Shown piece after piece: positions 48,321 through 60,494 of a stretch of 60,577 nucleotides of DNA. The DNA is taken from positions 29,701,424-29,762,000 of the forward strand of contig NC_135666.1 in the NCBI RefSeq assembly GCF_964188315.1, in the 5' to 3' direction. Made by a program: the position numbers and the translations under genes. The notes under the pieces are model-generated. The model had not been told where the DNA came from. It made no database searches and was given only the letters and a program-made list of their open reading frames with translations. Position 1 is the stretch's first letter; the number at the start of each line of letters is the position of its first letter. The DNA is from Podarcis muralis (lineage: Eukaryota).

Positions 48321-49750
48321 GAAGAGGGGGGAGAAATACAAAAGTGAAATGTGAACGGGAGCGATCAAATCAAAATCGGGAGGGGGAGGGGGGGAAGAGC
48401 GAGAAAGAGCGAGCGAGAGAGAGAGAGCCGGGGTTGATTCTGGTGGAGGGAGGGAAGGGGGGGAAGGAGGAATAAGAAGAGCGGGAATTAAGAACAGAGC
48501 AAATCAGGGGACTGAGGCGAGCCAGAGGAGGCTTCGTTGTGTATTCAAGGGCTGCTGGTCCACCCCCCCCCCCGTTTGTGTGTTTGTGTGTAAGCGCGCG
48601 CGCGTGTGCATGAAATCCTCCTCCCCACACCCTCTCATCTCTCTCTATTTCGCTGCACCGCCCCCCCCCCTTTCTCTCCCCCGGACCCTACGCCGGTTAG
48701 CTAGAAGGAAAGGGAAGAGGGCGTACAAGTCCCATGCTGGAAGTGGCACAGACTGAACCATACGTGGAGCCAAATGTCACTGGTTCCGTTTTTTGTTTAA
48801 AGAGAGAAAGATCCCTGCAGGATCAGACCAAGCGCTCATCAAGGCCACTATCCTGTTTCCAACAGCGGACGGCCAGACATGCCTCCGGGAAGCGCAGGAG
48901 CAGGCCATGGAAGTATTCGCTTACCACGGCTGTTTGGCCTTCAAGACTTTGATTTCCAGAGGTATAGCTCTCTTTTTCCGGTTAGGCATCAGGGTTTGCT
49001 ACAGACTACAAGGGAATTCCCTCAACCCACTGATTTTTATTTATTTATAACCAGATCCCAAGCACACTGGATTGTGGACCCATTTATTTGAAAAGGGACC
49101 TTTGCTTCCAAGAGTATATCCCTACGGAGATCGCAGGTTTACTCCACGGATAGTGGCTAGGATCCGGCTGTGAACCTCTGAGGTTATGCTCTTTGTTTAA
49201 AAATAAAATAGAGCAGTAGTAGCCGTCGTTGTTCTTAGAAGACCAAATTCGATTTCATTGCGCGCTGTCTCCACATAGGGAATGAATATTCCTTTATTTT
49301 CCTCGTTCGCATTTACTCATTGGACAAGCCCTTGGGAACCCCAAAGGCAATTAGCCGGGCAGGTTTTTAATTGCAATTAATTAAACCAAGCAGCCTGTCG
49401 CAGATTAATGCTCTCGTCTATTGTCTCTGGTGTCTGATAAATGCACAATGCAAACAGAGTTTGCTTTGGCTGTTGCGTATTGGAAGCATCAAAGGAGGTA
49501 CTTGATACACGCGCTCTTATGCATATTCACACATACACAGCGATCCTAAGCCACTTAGACGTGGAAACGGTTGGAGAGAAATAAACTGGGGCGGGGGGCG
49601 GGGAGGGATTATTTAGAAATTTCTAATCGGGGCTGTAGACTCGCTTAGTGTTCCTGAACAGTTTCCTAGCAAGTAAACGCAATTCGTATCTTATTTACTG
49701 AGGAAGCGAAACACGGTTGAAATCAATAGGCCCCTTTCCAAGCAAATTTA

Positions 49751-49836
49751 CCATCCTATCTATGCTCATTTCCCTGGGAGTAAGCCCCACTGAATCCAAC
49801 GGGGCCTACTCTGAGTAGACATGAGTGGGATTGCAC
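49751..49836. repeat. ~85-bp palindromic dispersed mini-element (best-preserved copy)
   Basis: ATCC..TGGGAGTAAGCCCCACTGAATCCAACGGGGCCTACTCTGAGTAGACATG..GGATTGCA. Related copies at ~5913-6055, 10020-10085, 10545-10582, 15270-15400, 16545-16600, 22379-22455, 27004-27210, 27865-28070, 33826-33914, 41652-41726 and 47101-47175. Confidence 0.65.
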
Positions 49837-52800
49837 GACAGTTATAAGCTGATAGACGCAGGCGTGGCAGTAAAACGGGCAGAAGAAAGTGGATATATCA
49901 CAGCATCCATCGCGAGTCGTGGAACTGATTTGTGGAAAGGTCAAAAGGCTAGGTTTGGGGGGAACGGGCAGAGGGTTCTGCCAGAGAATCGGTATCCCTC
50001 CCCGCAAACTGGTTTTTGGGTTTGAACGTGGGCGATCGGTAGCCCGGGAGGTGAGGAACAAAACTGGCAATAGCTACTAGGCCCTCCTTTGTGCTTCGTG
50101 GACTCCAGATTCCCGGATCCGAGGAGTTTCCTTGTGTCCTTTCCCCCAACTGGCCCGCTCTTTGAGCTGCCTTCATTCTCGGATGTCGGAGAGGAGGTTG
50201 CTCGGGATGCTGGAGTGTTTGGGGTAGAGGGAAGCGGGCCCGCAATCCGGCGGAAGAAGAAGAAGCCTTGCAGCTGCGGGAGATGGAGAAGCAGCGAGCC
50301 AACCTGTCCTTGTCTCCTCAGGAGGAAGACCCGCTGAGTTCAGCCAGGACTTGCTCCCCAACAAAGCGAGCGTGTACAGGATCACGGCCACAGAGAAGTC
50401 TCGGGGAGGCCAGAAAAATGAAACGCGCTTCTACTGCATTGATTTTCAAAAATCCCAGAGCTGGTGTGTTTATTCTCCTCCCACCATTTAAAAAACACAC
50501 ACCACCCTGTGATGTCCCCCCTAGAGCACAATTTTGTCTGGCTTTTCCACCCCACCCTCTCTTCCTGCGATCAGGTTCGGGAAAATGAAGGGTTAAAAAG
50601 AAAACCCGCCGCCCGCCAGAGAACCCACATGTATTGCAGACCACGGAAGCTGGAGGAAGCTGGCAAGGGGTTGTGTGTGTGTAGAATGAGCCTCTCAGCA
50701 CAGCAAAAGCATTAAAAGGCTCCGAGCTTGTTAAAGGTGTTTTCATTTGGTTAAAGGTCGTAATATCTGGCATTTGGCGGCTGGCAATAAAAAACGCGCC
50801 TCGGGATTGGGGATTGGACCCCCGAAGGCTCGCAGAGCTGGGAAAGATGTTTTAGGCCCCAATAAACAAGCAAATAAATGCAAAATGATGATGATCTGCG
50901 GCGACAGTGGATTTTTCAAAATACGCGCGCGCGCACGATCCATCCACCTCTCCAGGAATGACCTATAAAAGCAGGTTGTTGCATTCATACAGATTGGTCC
51001 TTTTTACACACGCACACGTGTACTGCTGCTCTGTGGAAATGTACCTTCGTGCTCTAACAGCACTCCTTCCATTTAAGGCACCACCACTGCACCGTGATAG
51101 AGGGTTGTGTGCCAGATATTTACTTCTATATTGAGGGGCCCAATTGCCCACGCCAGAAAAAAAGGAGCAGAAGTGAAGCGGTGTGCGGGTCTATTCCAAA
51201 GACACAGAGCTCCGCGTTAGAGATGAAGAAGGCAGGAGGAAGTTCCCGAGTCAAGCCTCGCATCCAAACCGCAATTAAAAAGCTCTCACTTGAAGCTCAA
51301 CCGATTTTAAAAATCCCAACCGAAGCAAATCCAGGGGTAACTCAACTGCTGCCAGCTTTCACCCGAAAACTTTTGGTTCAGTTGCGCTCCTGGGAGGAAA
51401 CGGCTCGCGTTCGTCTGGCTGGGCTTTGCGCGGAGCTCTTTGGTCTAAATTAAAAGCGATGTTCGACGGAGACTACGCTCTCGCTGCGGGGTTATAGATG
51501 GGGTTTAATTAAGGTCTCCCGCGGAGGAGGTGGAGGGGGAAAGAAACAAACTGTGCAACAACAACAACAAAAAAAGCCAAAAAAGAGTTTCTAAAGGAGA
51601 GTCACAGGTCAGGAAACTCATCCCCGCCATGCCAACCTGAAAGCGCGCTAGGGTGGAAGACGTGACGGAGGGCGGAGGGTGGCAGAGAGAAATCGCAAAG
51701 CAAGCGCGCGCGCCCGCGTCTCAGAGGAAGAGGCAGAAGGACAAACAGCTTCTGCAGACCCGAGGGGGAAAATTCTGTGTCTTGAGCTCCAAAGAGGTTC
51801 TCAAACTCCCATCGCCTCGGTCTTGCCCAGCTGCGCGGTGGGTCGCGCTGGTGGAGCGCGCCTGACCTTCCCTTGCCCAGAGAAAGGGAGGGAGGGAGCG
51901 AGCGAGGGTGGGTGCTCCTGTGGGTGGTTTGGTGGGTGAACCCCTGGGTGGAGCTGGAGCCCAGAGGAACCAGATCAAGGCAGGCGAAGTTTGCGGGCTG
52001 CTCTCTCTCTCCGGTCTGTGTCCCTCTCGTAGGCCCTTGCGGCGGAGCCCTGGAGCCATCCGGCACCCACAGGAATGCGTCTCCTTCTCGGCTCCCTCTC
52101 CCTCTCCGCCCGCCCCGCTGTGGCTCCCCAGCTCCACTTGGAAGCGAGGGCGAGGAAGGAGAAGGGAAGAAAAACTTCTTCAAAGGTTAAAAACTACCGA
52201 GGACACTTGATTATATCCTTGCCTTAGGGTGGGAAGGCACGACGGAGCGATTCCTACTCTCCCAAAAAGTATATGTGTATATGGTGTGCACACACACACG
52301 TATATACAAGCCCACATATGCACGCCTGAGTGCAGCGCCGTACATGATTACGTTTGTGCCCACAGCAACAATAGATTATGGGGAGTCGACTTCCCCAGAG
52401 CTTGACCTTGGGGACTGGGAAGAGTTCAGTTTGTTCTAGATAGTCTCCACATCATGACACCACTGTCTGCCCCAAGGAAAGAGAGGGAGAGAGATCATGA
52501 GGACTAGCGCCATTTTTAGACGGGAGGCGATAATGAAATCCCAGCCGCGGATACTATTGAAACCGAGCGGCGTAATGTCCACGAGCATCGAGGGCAAGAT
52601 GGACCGGACCATAAAGAAAGAGAGAAAAGAGGTGTCCGTTATATCACGCTGTTAAAACCTCACACACACCCACACCCAAACTAGGAGACACAGCCATATT
52701 TGTCTATAAAAATCCTTCTGTCCCCAACCAGGGCTTAACGCGTAGCAGGTTAATGAGCCAGGCACGTTGAGAGCAAAGGCAAACTCTGAGAGGAGAAGGT

Positions 52801-54762
52801 GATATTTGCAAGGGGGTGGTTCTGTTGCAAAGGAAAGAAAAAGACTGCCGAGCCGTAGGAAGGGTTATTTTAATGGAAAGTAGGCCACAGAACAGGCCAG
52901 AGTTGAACAGTGGGAGAAACAGGGAAATCCCACACCGAATGCTGAACAGATCAAACGGTGCAGGAGATGTATATATATATATATACCTGTTCTGCTAAAA
53001 TAATACTCATGAAAAGCACTGCAAGAGTGCGTGAGTGCATATTGAAAGAGATCTTTTTATGGGGGAGGGGAGGGTGATCTGGAACAAGCTCTCTTCTTCT
53101 CTCCCCCTCCCCACCCCATCAAGAAAGGGAAGGTTCGGCTGCTGAGGGGGGAGAACAATGGGGCAAGGCGCGTGTGGCTTGGAGCTCCGTTTACACGCGC
53201 ACACACACCGAGTCGCGCGCGTTCCAAACGAACAAATATCTTATTCTAATATATATGTGCACAAGATAATGTTCCACCAAACTTATTCCTGCACCCCCTC
53301 CAAAAAAATGGCTTAGCTCTCTCTCTTTCTTTCTCTCTCTGTCTCCAAATTAAATTAGAAGGGGAGACCAAAACCGAAAGAGGAGAAAGAAAGGTGGGGG
53401 GATGGGAGAGAACGGCAGAGACTACCAGAGACAGGTAAATTCGCCCGAGGCTACAAAGCGTGCCTTTTCAGGTTTTTGTCTCCAAACCCTGGAACATCTC
53501 TTACTGAAATCAGCAGATGACAGGATGTAATTTTTATGGTGGTGTTTTGTTTTTTTTAAAGTTCTAACCCTCTTTCTTTTTTAACAACAACAACATTAAA
53601 AAATATACAACCCAACTGTTATTCTTCGCTGCTGTATCTCCTGAAGTATTACTTCCTACTTACAGACGGGGTCAGGGTTCCCAATACATTTTAAAATATT
53701 TTTAAAAACCCAAAGGTGCTTTTTCCAAGCCTGCTCTGAACCCTTTTCTCAATTTGCTCCTGGGCCAAGCGGAGATCCGGAAAGACAAAATAATTTTTGG
53801 GTGGGGAAACAGGGGGTTCGTTTTGTTTTCCAGTCCGTACGGGGGTTGGGGAGAGAAGGCAGCTATCTGGCCTCTCCCTTCGTGCATTTTGCTTCCATCC
53901 CGCAACGCCGGGACACAGAGGGCTGAGATGACACGTGTGGATGGCCACACGGGGTCCCTCTTCCTTTCCCTCCCCATTCTCCGGTCGCCCTCGGGTGGCT
54001 CGCCCGGAATTTAATTTCGGGATTGGGTTGGAGGAGGGTGCGGAGTTTCGGCGAAGAGGAGGAGGACGTCAGGAGCGAAGGAAAAGATAATGATCGCCTT
54101 CGCCTTTGAAAGGGCTCCTCGGCTAACAACCACCCAGGCCCCGTTTTGCAGATCGCCTTTGTGTTCCCAACCCGGGGGAAAAGGGAGAAGGAATCGAGAT
54201 GGGAGGGGATGGTCCACATTTTAGTCTTCTGCCCTGTTTAGCAGCTTTAAAAAAAAGCAAATGTAATTTGTATAATTAGACGATGGGATGCTGGCTTTCT
54301 CCCAGATAATTGCTTTTATAGTAGAGAGAAGCACACAGAGCGATTTGCAACCCCCCCCCCGCCACTTCCCAGCGCTTCTTTTCATCTCCAGATCATTTTC
54401 GTTCGAGGGTTAGTCGCTTTTTGTATAGCTGGGGTGGGGGAGGGGGAGGTTATGATGGAGGCTTTAAAATAGGGAAGTTATGGGGGGAGTTATTTTGTAC
54501 GTGCCGGGTTCTATAAGCCCAGTCCAGCATTTTAAACGACTACCCAGCCTTACAGGTATATAGGTGAGCAGAGGATCGGGCCATACGGGGCAATCTTTCC
54601 CCCTCCCCACAAATAAAATGAATCTAAAAGATGGAGGAAGGAGTCTGAGATAACACACAACCTGCCCCCCCCCCCCAGCTAGTCCCTTTCGACAAACGGA
54701 GAGAGGGGAAACGCGTCATATTTTTCCTCTTTCTCTTCTCCTGTTCTCATGGTGGAAATAAT

Positions 54763-54772
54763 TTTATTTATT
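54763..54772 (-). terminator. DLX5 polyadenylation signal (overlapping AATAAATAAA)
   Basis: Two overlapping AATAAA hexamers on the - strand at the end of a U-rich 3'UTR, ~520 nt after the stop codon. Confidence 0.8.
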
Positions 54773-55288
54773 CAGAATATACAGTTTAATTCCTTCTATC
54801 TACACTTATGTACAGGGTTAAAATGACATTGTTGGGAGGGGAAAATGAAAGTCTCTGGGGGAAAAGGTTGAGGTCATCAGATTTCTCAAGGCACCTTTGA
54901 AAGTGTCCACAGTTGATGAAGTAAAAAATAAGCCACCATTCATTTCCCCCTCCCTCCCCCAAAAAACAACCCCAAAGTCCGTCCGTGTCTCTCTTTTTTT
55001 TGGTTAAAAAATAAAAATCAAAAAGAGGGCGGGAGAAAATTTCCTTTGAAATGTAATAAGTTACATGCAGGAGCTGTACACATTTCATCCTGTATAGTGT
55101 TTTTTTCCCCCTTTCCCTGAAAAAAAAAGGAAAACCCGAAACAAAAAACAAAACAAAAAAGAGAGTCAACCATATGCATTTTTTCCTTTTATCAACAAAA
55201 CGCCAAGTGTCCAAAAAAAAAAAGAAAAGGTAAAGAGTTTTAAAACGAGGAAAGAGGGTTTTTTTGTTTTTTAAAAAAGAATCCTATT

Positions 55289-55615
55289 CTAGTAGATTGT
55301 CCCAGAAGCCAGAGCTAAGGGGTGCTGTAGAGAGCCGTGGGGCTGCAGGTGACCACTGAGAGCGTTACCGCTGGAATACCAGGACGAGGAGTTCTCCAGG
55401 TAAGTGGCGGCGGGCGACGGGTTGGAGTTGGCCCCGTGGGCGTGGGGGTGGTGGCTCAGAGACCTGGCGCTGCCCTGCGGTTCCCACACGGCGGGAGACT
55501 GCGGGGAGTTGCAAGCCATGGGGTCGCTGGCGCTAGGGCTGTGCTCCGGGGGCATCTCGCCATTCTTCATGATCTTTTTGATCTTCGATCTTTTGTTCTG
55601 AAACCAGATTTTCAC
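55289..55615 (-). CDS. DLX5: DLX5 coding exon 3
   Basis: Acceptor CTCTTCCTTCAG|GTG. Encodes [48 protein letters not shown]...[11 protein letters not shown]-stop(TAG). Spliced CDS 873 nt = 290 aa. Confidence 0.99.
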   Translation of the reverse strand: MKIWFQNKRSKIKKIMKNGEMPPEHSPSASDPMACNSPQSPAVWEPQGSARSLSHHPHAHGANSNPSPAATYLENSSSWYSSGNALSGHLQPHGSLQHPLALASGTIY

Positions 55616-57295
55616 CTGAAGGAAGAGGGAGGGAGGGGGGAAGAAGAGGGAAGTGAAGGAAAGAAAGAAAAAGAGGGAAAGAAAATAAGTAAATGGGTGA
55701 CAAGAAATGAGGAAATAAACCCTTTTTTAAAAAACAACAACCCACGGACGTTTATTTGGACGCCTTGATTTCATTCTCCTTTTTGCTTCAGAAGCACAAG
55801 GTCTCACTCTAAATCTATGCATGCCCTGTACGCGCAGGTCAGTCCGGGGGGCTGCTGTGTGTTGGACTCCCAAGGAAACGATTTCCATGGAAACGGCAGG
55901 GACGGTGAAACAGGCCCCGAGGATTCAAATGGCACTTGCAAGGCGATCCTAGAGGGGAGCCGCCAGCAATGGAATCAAGGAAGATCCCAGAGTCTAGTTG
56001 CCCCATCTACTTTCAATATTTACAGTAGGGATCATCATGCGCTCACGTGCTAGATCGGGCCTCTCTCGGGCCATCAGAAAAGCAGGATCTGGGCTCTGAG
56101 GATGCTAAAACCCAGACACTCTTTGGCCTCTGATTTTTTGGACACCAGGCCTGCCTCCCTCCCCCCCCCCCCCCCGCGGCAGCTGCCTAAGGGATTTCTT
56201 TTTTAAAAAATTAATATTATGCTCAATTAAAGAAAAGCAAAAGGAACAAAGGCTAAAGCGGAGCGGGGAGCCTCGAGGGCACGATGGCTGTCTTGATTAT
56301 GGTCTGCCAAGGACCAGCAGCAGATCCTAACTCCTACATTACTCAGTGGGTGAGTGCGCGCACGAGTGCTTTTGTTCTCGCCGCAGTCGGTTTTGTGTTC
56401 CCAACGCAGCAGCCTCCCCACACCCGCCCCAGCGCAACAATACCAGCCCAATCCCGAGATAACCTGCTTTCGCACGAAAGACTCTTTCCCCCCTTTGCAC
56501 CGAAATGGTCTGACAAGCAGCCCCTCCCGGGTCCAGCTGCACTTTGCAAGCTCCTAACGCAGGAGATCCACCCACGTGCGGTTTCTCCCCCCCCCCCATC
56601 CCCCTCCGCTCCAATCTTTTGTGCTACAAGATCGAGAGAGAGAGAGAGAGAGAGCGAAAGCCTCCAGCTACAGTTAAAAGAGACACAAAACAAAAATACT
56701 GCGCGTCGTCAACAGGGCGAGATGGAAGTCAGGCTCACGGTCTTCTCTGCCGCAAGCCGGTGCGCTCTCGCAATCCGCGAGGCTAGTGCGCACTTGAAGA
56801 TCTCTCTCCCCCGATCCTCACCAAAACAAATGACCCCGCCACCCCACCCCGCCCAACCCGGCCCCATCGGATTCAATCTCATTAACTTTTCTAAAAAGTA
56901 AGCAAATGCTTGCGTGGAAGTTAAAGGCCACTGCAATCTTGCAAGCAAGATTTGGGGAGAGAGCTGAAGAGAAAGGCACCGCAGAGCAACAAGGGAAGGG
57001 AGCAGCAGCAAAAAACTCCTGCGCGGTGCGCCCTCTTGGCCTTACCCCAAGGTACAAAAGGAGAAATAACCCGAATTTGTGTGTGTATATCTATACATTC
57101 TATATACATGACCAGGGAAATAAGGCCCCTCAGAAACATACTTTAGAGCCTTCCAGCAGGAATTCTTGAAAAATTTTTACATAGTATTTATGTTCAGGGA
57201 ACGGGTGGGTCCCGCTCAAGTAGGAATTATTGCGAAGGATCTGGATAGGTTTTTTTTTATGTTCAGGGTCGCCCTTCCTTCCCACCTGGCCTTAC

Positions 57296-57480
57296 CTGTG
57301 TCTGCGTCAGGCCTAAAGACGCGGCCAGCTCGGCTCTTTCCGGCAGGGCTAAGTACTGGGTTTTCTGGAACCTCCTCTGCAAGGCCGCCAGCTGAAAACT
57401 GGAGTAAATAGTCCTTGGTTTGCGCACTTTCTTTGGTTTGCCGTTCACCATCCTCACCTCCGGCTCAGCCACCTCTTTTT
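57296..57480 (-). CDS. DLX5: DLX5 coding exon 2 (homeodomain helices 1-2)
   Basis: Acceptor GATTGTTTAG|AA, donor ACACAG|GTAAGG; 185 nt. Encodes [62 protein letters not shown]. Confidence 0.99.
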
Positions 57481-59383
57481 CTAAACAATCGGAGCGGGGA
57501 GGAAATCAGAAAGGAAGCTTAGAACTGGGGCAGAGGACGCCAGCGGCAGAATACAGGAAGGAGCCCGCACCTAGGTGGACAGGCCAGGATCGCACCCCTG
57601 ACCCCGACGTGGCGGCCGCGAAGTTGACAAACAAGCGCGAGAGACCCCTGGAAAATTGGGACGTGGGAGGGCGGGGGAAAAGGAAACTGACGTGGTAGAA
57701 ACAGCCGTCGTGACTATTTCTTGCAAAGGGAAGATTGTTTGGAGTGCTTCTATGTATTTGGGAGTGAGTGAATTTGAGAGAGGATATAAACAGCACCCAG
57801 GTTTCCACCGAAATATTATTTCATATTTTATTTCCCCATGGGGTATTTGGCTCATCGGTTTTCGTAAAAGAGAGAGGAAGGGACCCAGGTTAGATTTTAC
57901 CATTTTGTCTTCCCGTAATTTAAAAACCTAACAAGCAGCAAAGTTCCCGGGCGTTTTTAGGTCACAATCCAGTGTCTATTGATTTTTCACGCATGGAAAC
58001 AAGCAGACAGTCTCCCTCTTCCTCTCTCCATTTGAATGGAAGCCTCGTGAATTCAGCCCAGCCCAAGCTCTGCAGACTAGGGACACGCAATTTTGAGGTC
58101 TAGGGAGTTCAAAGGCCGCATCGCCACAAGAAAACGGTTCTCCTCCGTTTCAGCCGAAAGTAGCCAAATCCGGCCCAGACAGAGAGCCGATTATTCAGAA
58201 TAATCTCGCCGCCGATCGGGGGTTGGTGGGAGAGAGCGAGAGAGAGAAGCGGCGCAGATGCGTCTGGTTCCTTTTACAAATACTTAACGCGCCACTGGCA
58301 TTTCCCCTCGCCTTTGATGGGAGCAACAAACAACGTATCTCAAGAAATGTACACTCGCGCGCAAGTAGGAGAGGCAATAGGGCGAGGGGGTGGAAGCAAA
58401 AAATATTTCTCATTCATGTATATTCAGACTATATATATATAGTCTGAAAAATTAGAGAGTTTGAAACACAGCAAAACCCGAATTTGAGAGGCTTCGTGCA
58501 TTCAGCTGAAATTGTCCCGGGATCGCATTGGATAAGCCTGTTCCACAACGGTGTTTTTGTTTTGTTTTTTAAATGGGGGGGGGCATGGAGGAGAGACGAG
58601 GATTTGAGCTGTTCCTGCCTAGCCCTGGATTTCCCTGAGTTTGCTTCTTGTGGAACCCACACGGAAACAGTTTAACCGCGCGTCTCCGTGTGTGGGATTA
58701 ATCCCTCATTCCATTTTGGAAGCTAATATTAGCAAGACTCTTCGGGCGAGGGCTGTTTTGGTGGGGGAGGGGGGTGGGGAGAAAGAAAGAAGGCACGAGA
58801 TCAGATCCTTCCCCTTCCCTCTCCCCACACGTCTGCTGTGTCCCCCCCCCCCAAAAAAAAACTCGGCCTGTCTTCGCGTAACGACGACGGGGTGCCGCCG
58901 ACGTCGTCCTGTCCTTTGCAATAAAAACATGTGTGCGGGAGGGTAGAAATCATGCCAGTACCTACCCCCTCCCCGCCACAGCTACTTACCGTGGCTTTCT
59001 ATTACCTCAGCGTCGGGAAGGGACACCCCCACCCCCACCCCACAATGTCGGAGCCCCTGTTCCCATTCCCCTCAATGTATTGCCTCCCAATCCGGAGTTG
59101 GAGACAACAAAGAATCCAGATTGAATGGTTTCTCTTTCCGCCTCTCTCTGGCTTTTCAACCGGGAATTTTTTTGCACGGCGGTGGAAGGAGAGGCTGTGA
59201 ACCTCCTTCGTCGCCCCCCAGCCCAGATTGGGGAGAAAAAAATCGGGTGGGTTGGGGTCAAACTGTCCCCGTCACCAGAAGGGTCCTCGGTGACCCCCAG
59301 ATCGCGAGGAGGAGACCCCTCCTCGGGGATCTTCCTAGCCACCCGCCCTCGCCTCCAGCCCTCTCCCCGCCGGCGCCTCTCAC

Positions 59384-59744
59384 CTGGCTGGCTGGCTGCG
59401 CTCTGCGCCCGGTTATACGCGCCGCCGTACTGGTGGTAAGGGCTGGCGTAGCTGTAGTCTGCATAGGCTTTGGCTGGGTAGCTGGCGGCGGTTCCGTTCA
59501 TGCCCTGGTACTGGTACTGGTAAGGATGGAGCGCTTTGCCGTAGGAAGCCGACGAAGGCGAGCAATAGCCGTGCGGGGCTCCTCCGGGGGAATTGTAATA
59601 GTCGGGGTCCGTGGCGGACGACTCGGGCAAAGTGGGAGACTCCTGCGGCGGGTGCCCGTGCATGGTGGCTGCAGCCGTCTGAAAAGGACCTTGGAAGTCT
59701 CCGGATCGGATGGCTGGCACTCTTCTGTCAAACACTCCGGTCAT
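59384..59744 (-). CDS. DLX5: Distal-less homeobox 5, coding exon 1
   Basis: Translates [50 protein letters not shown]...[12 protein letters not shown], the DLX5 N-terminus with the [13 protein letters not shown] motif. Donor CCAG|GTGAGA; 361 nt, phase 1. Confidence 0.98.
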
Positions 59745-59889
59745 AGTAGTTGGCGAGGCAGCAAGCAGGCGGGCGGGCGGGCGGCTGGGTCTTCTAGGCA
59801 GCCATGGCAGGGGGGAGGGACCGAGGGAGGAGGCGGAGGAGGCGGCGGCGGCGGCTGGGAGCTCTCTGGGGCTGGCTCTGGCTCTGGCA

Positions 59890-60040
59890 GACTGCTCGCA
59901 GGGAGCGGAGAGGCTTGGTTAAATCCTTAATTGCGCTCTTACGCACAGCGGGGTGGATTGGGTTCCATTGGCCAGAGCACTCCGGAGCAGCAGCGACACC
60001 CTAACTCGTCCAACTAGTTTAGCACAACAAAGCGCTCTGC
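59890..60040 (-). promoter_or_regulatory. DLX5 proximal promoter (two CCAAT boxes, TAATTG homeodomain site, TATA-like GATTTAA)
   Basis: ATTGG at 59957-59961 and 59967-59971 (CCAAT on -), TAATTG at 59928-59933, GATTTAA at 59925-59919. The last lies ~25 nt upstream of AGCAGT (59896), which resembles the mammalian DLX5 mRNA 5' end as I recall it. Confidence 0.7.
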
Positions 60041-60494
60041 TTTTTCATTCTTTCCCTTTTTTTTAAGTTCCATTCAAGCTCCTTAAAAAAAAAAAAAAAA
60101 AAGGAATACGAGCAGCACCATTATCTCGGGGTTCTCTTCTCCTAGCCAGCAAGGATGGGAATTTTGGGCGTTAGGGAAAAAGAAAAGAACCGTCGAAGTT
60201 TTCGCGATAGGAAAACTGTGGTGCATCAAGCGTCTATATGTGTGAACGCGTGACACTCGTGTTTCAAGATGCAGATGCACAGGAAGGCTGACAACAGGGG
60301 GCTTAGTCCAGGGGTGGAAAGATGTTGGATGTTCTAGGAATGTCCCAAACTTCTCAGACAACCAGCGTTCCCTGATCAGGGGATTTATGGGCAATTGTTA
60401 AATAGGAAGGTTGCAGCTTTTCAATAACGCATGTGCCAGGATATAATGGCTGTAGAATGCAAATAGGACTGAATCCGGGTTTGTACTCGGCCAT

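Noticed and set aside
59121-59930. 269-aa plus-strand ORF over DLX5 exon 1
   Set aside because: Antisense shadow of a GC-rich exon and leader.
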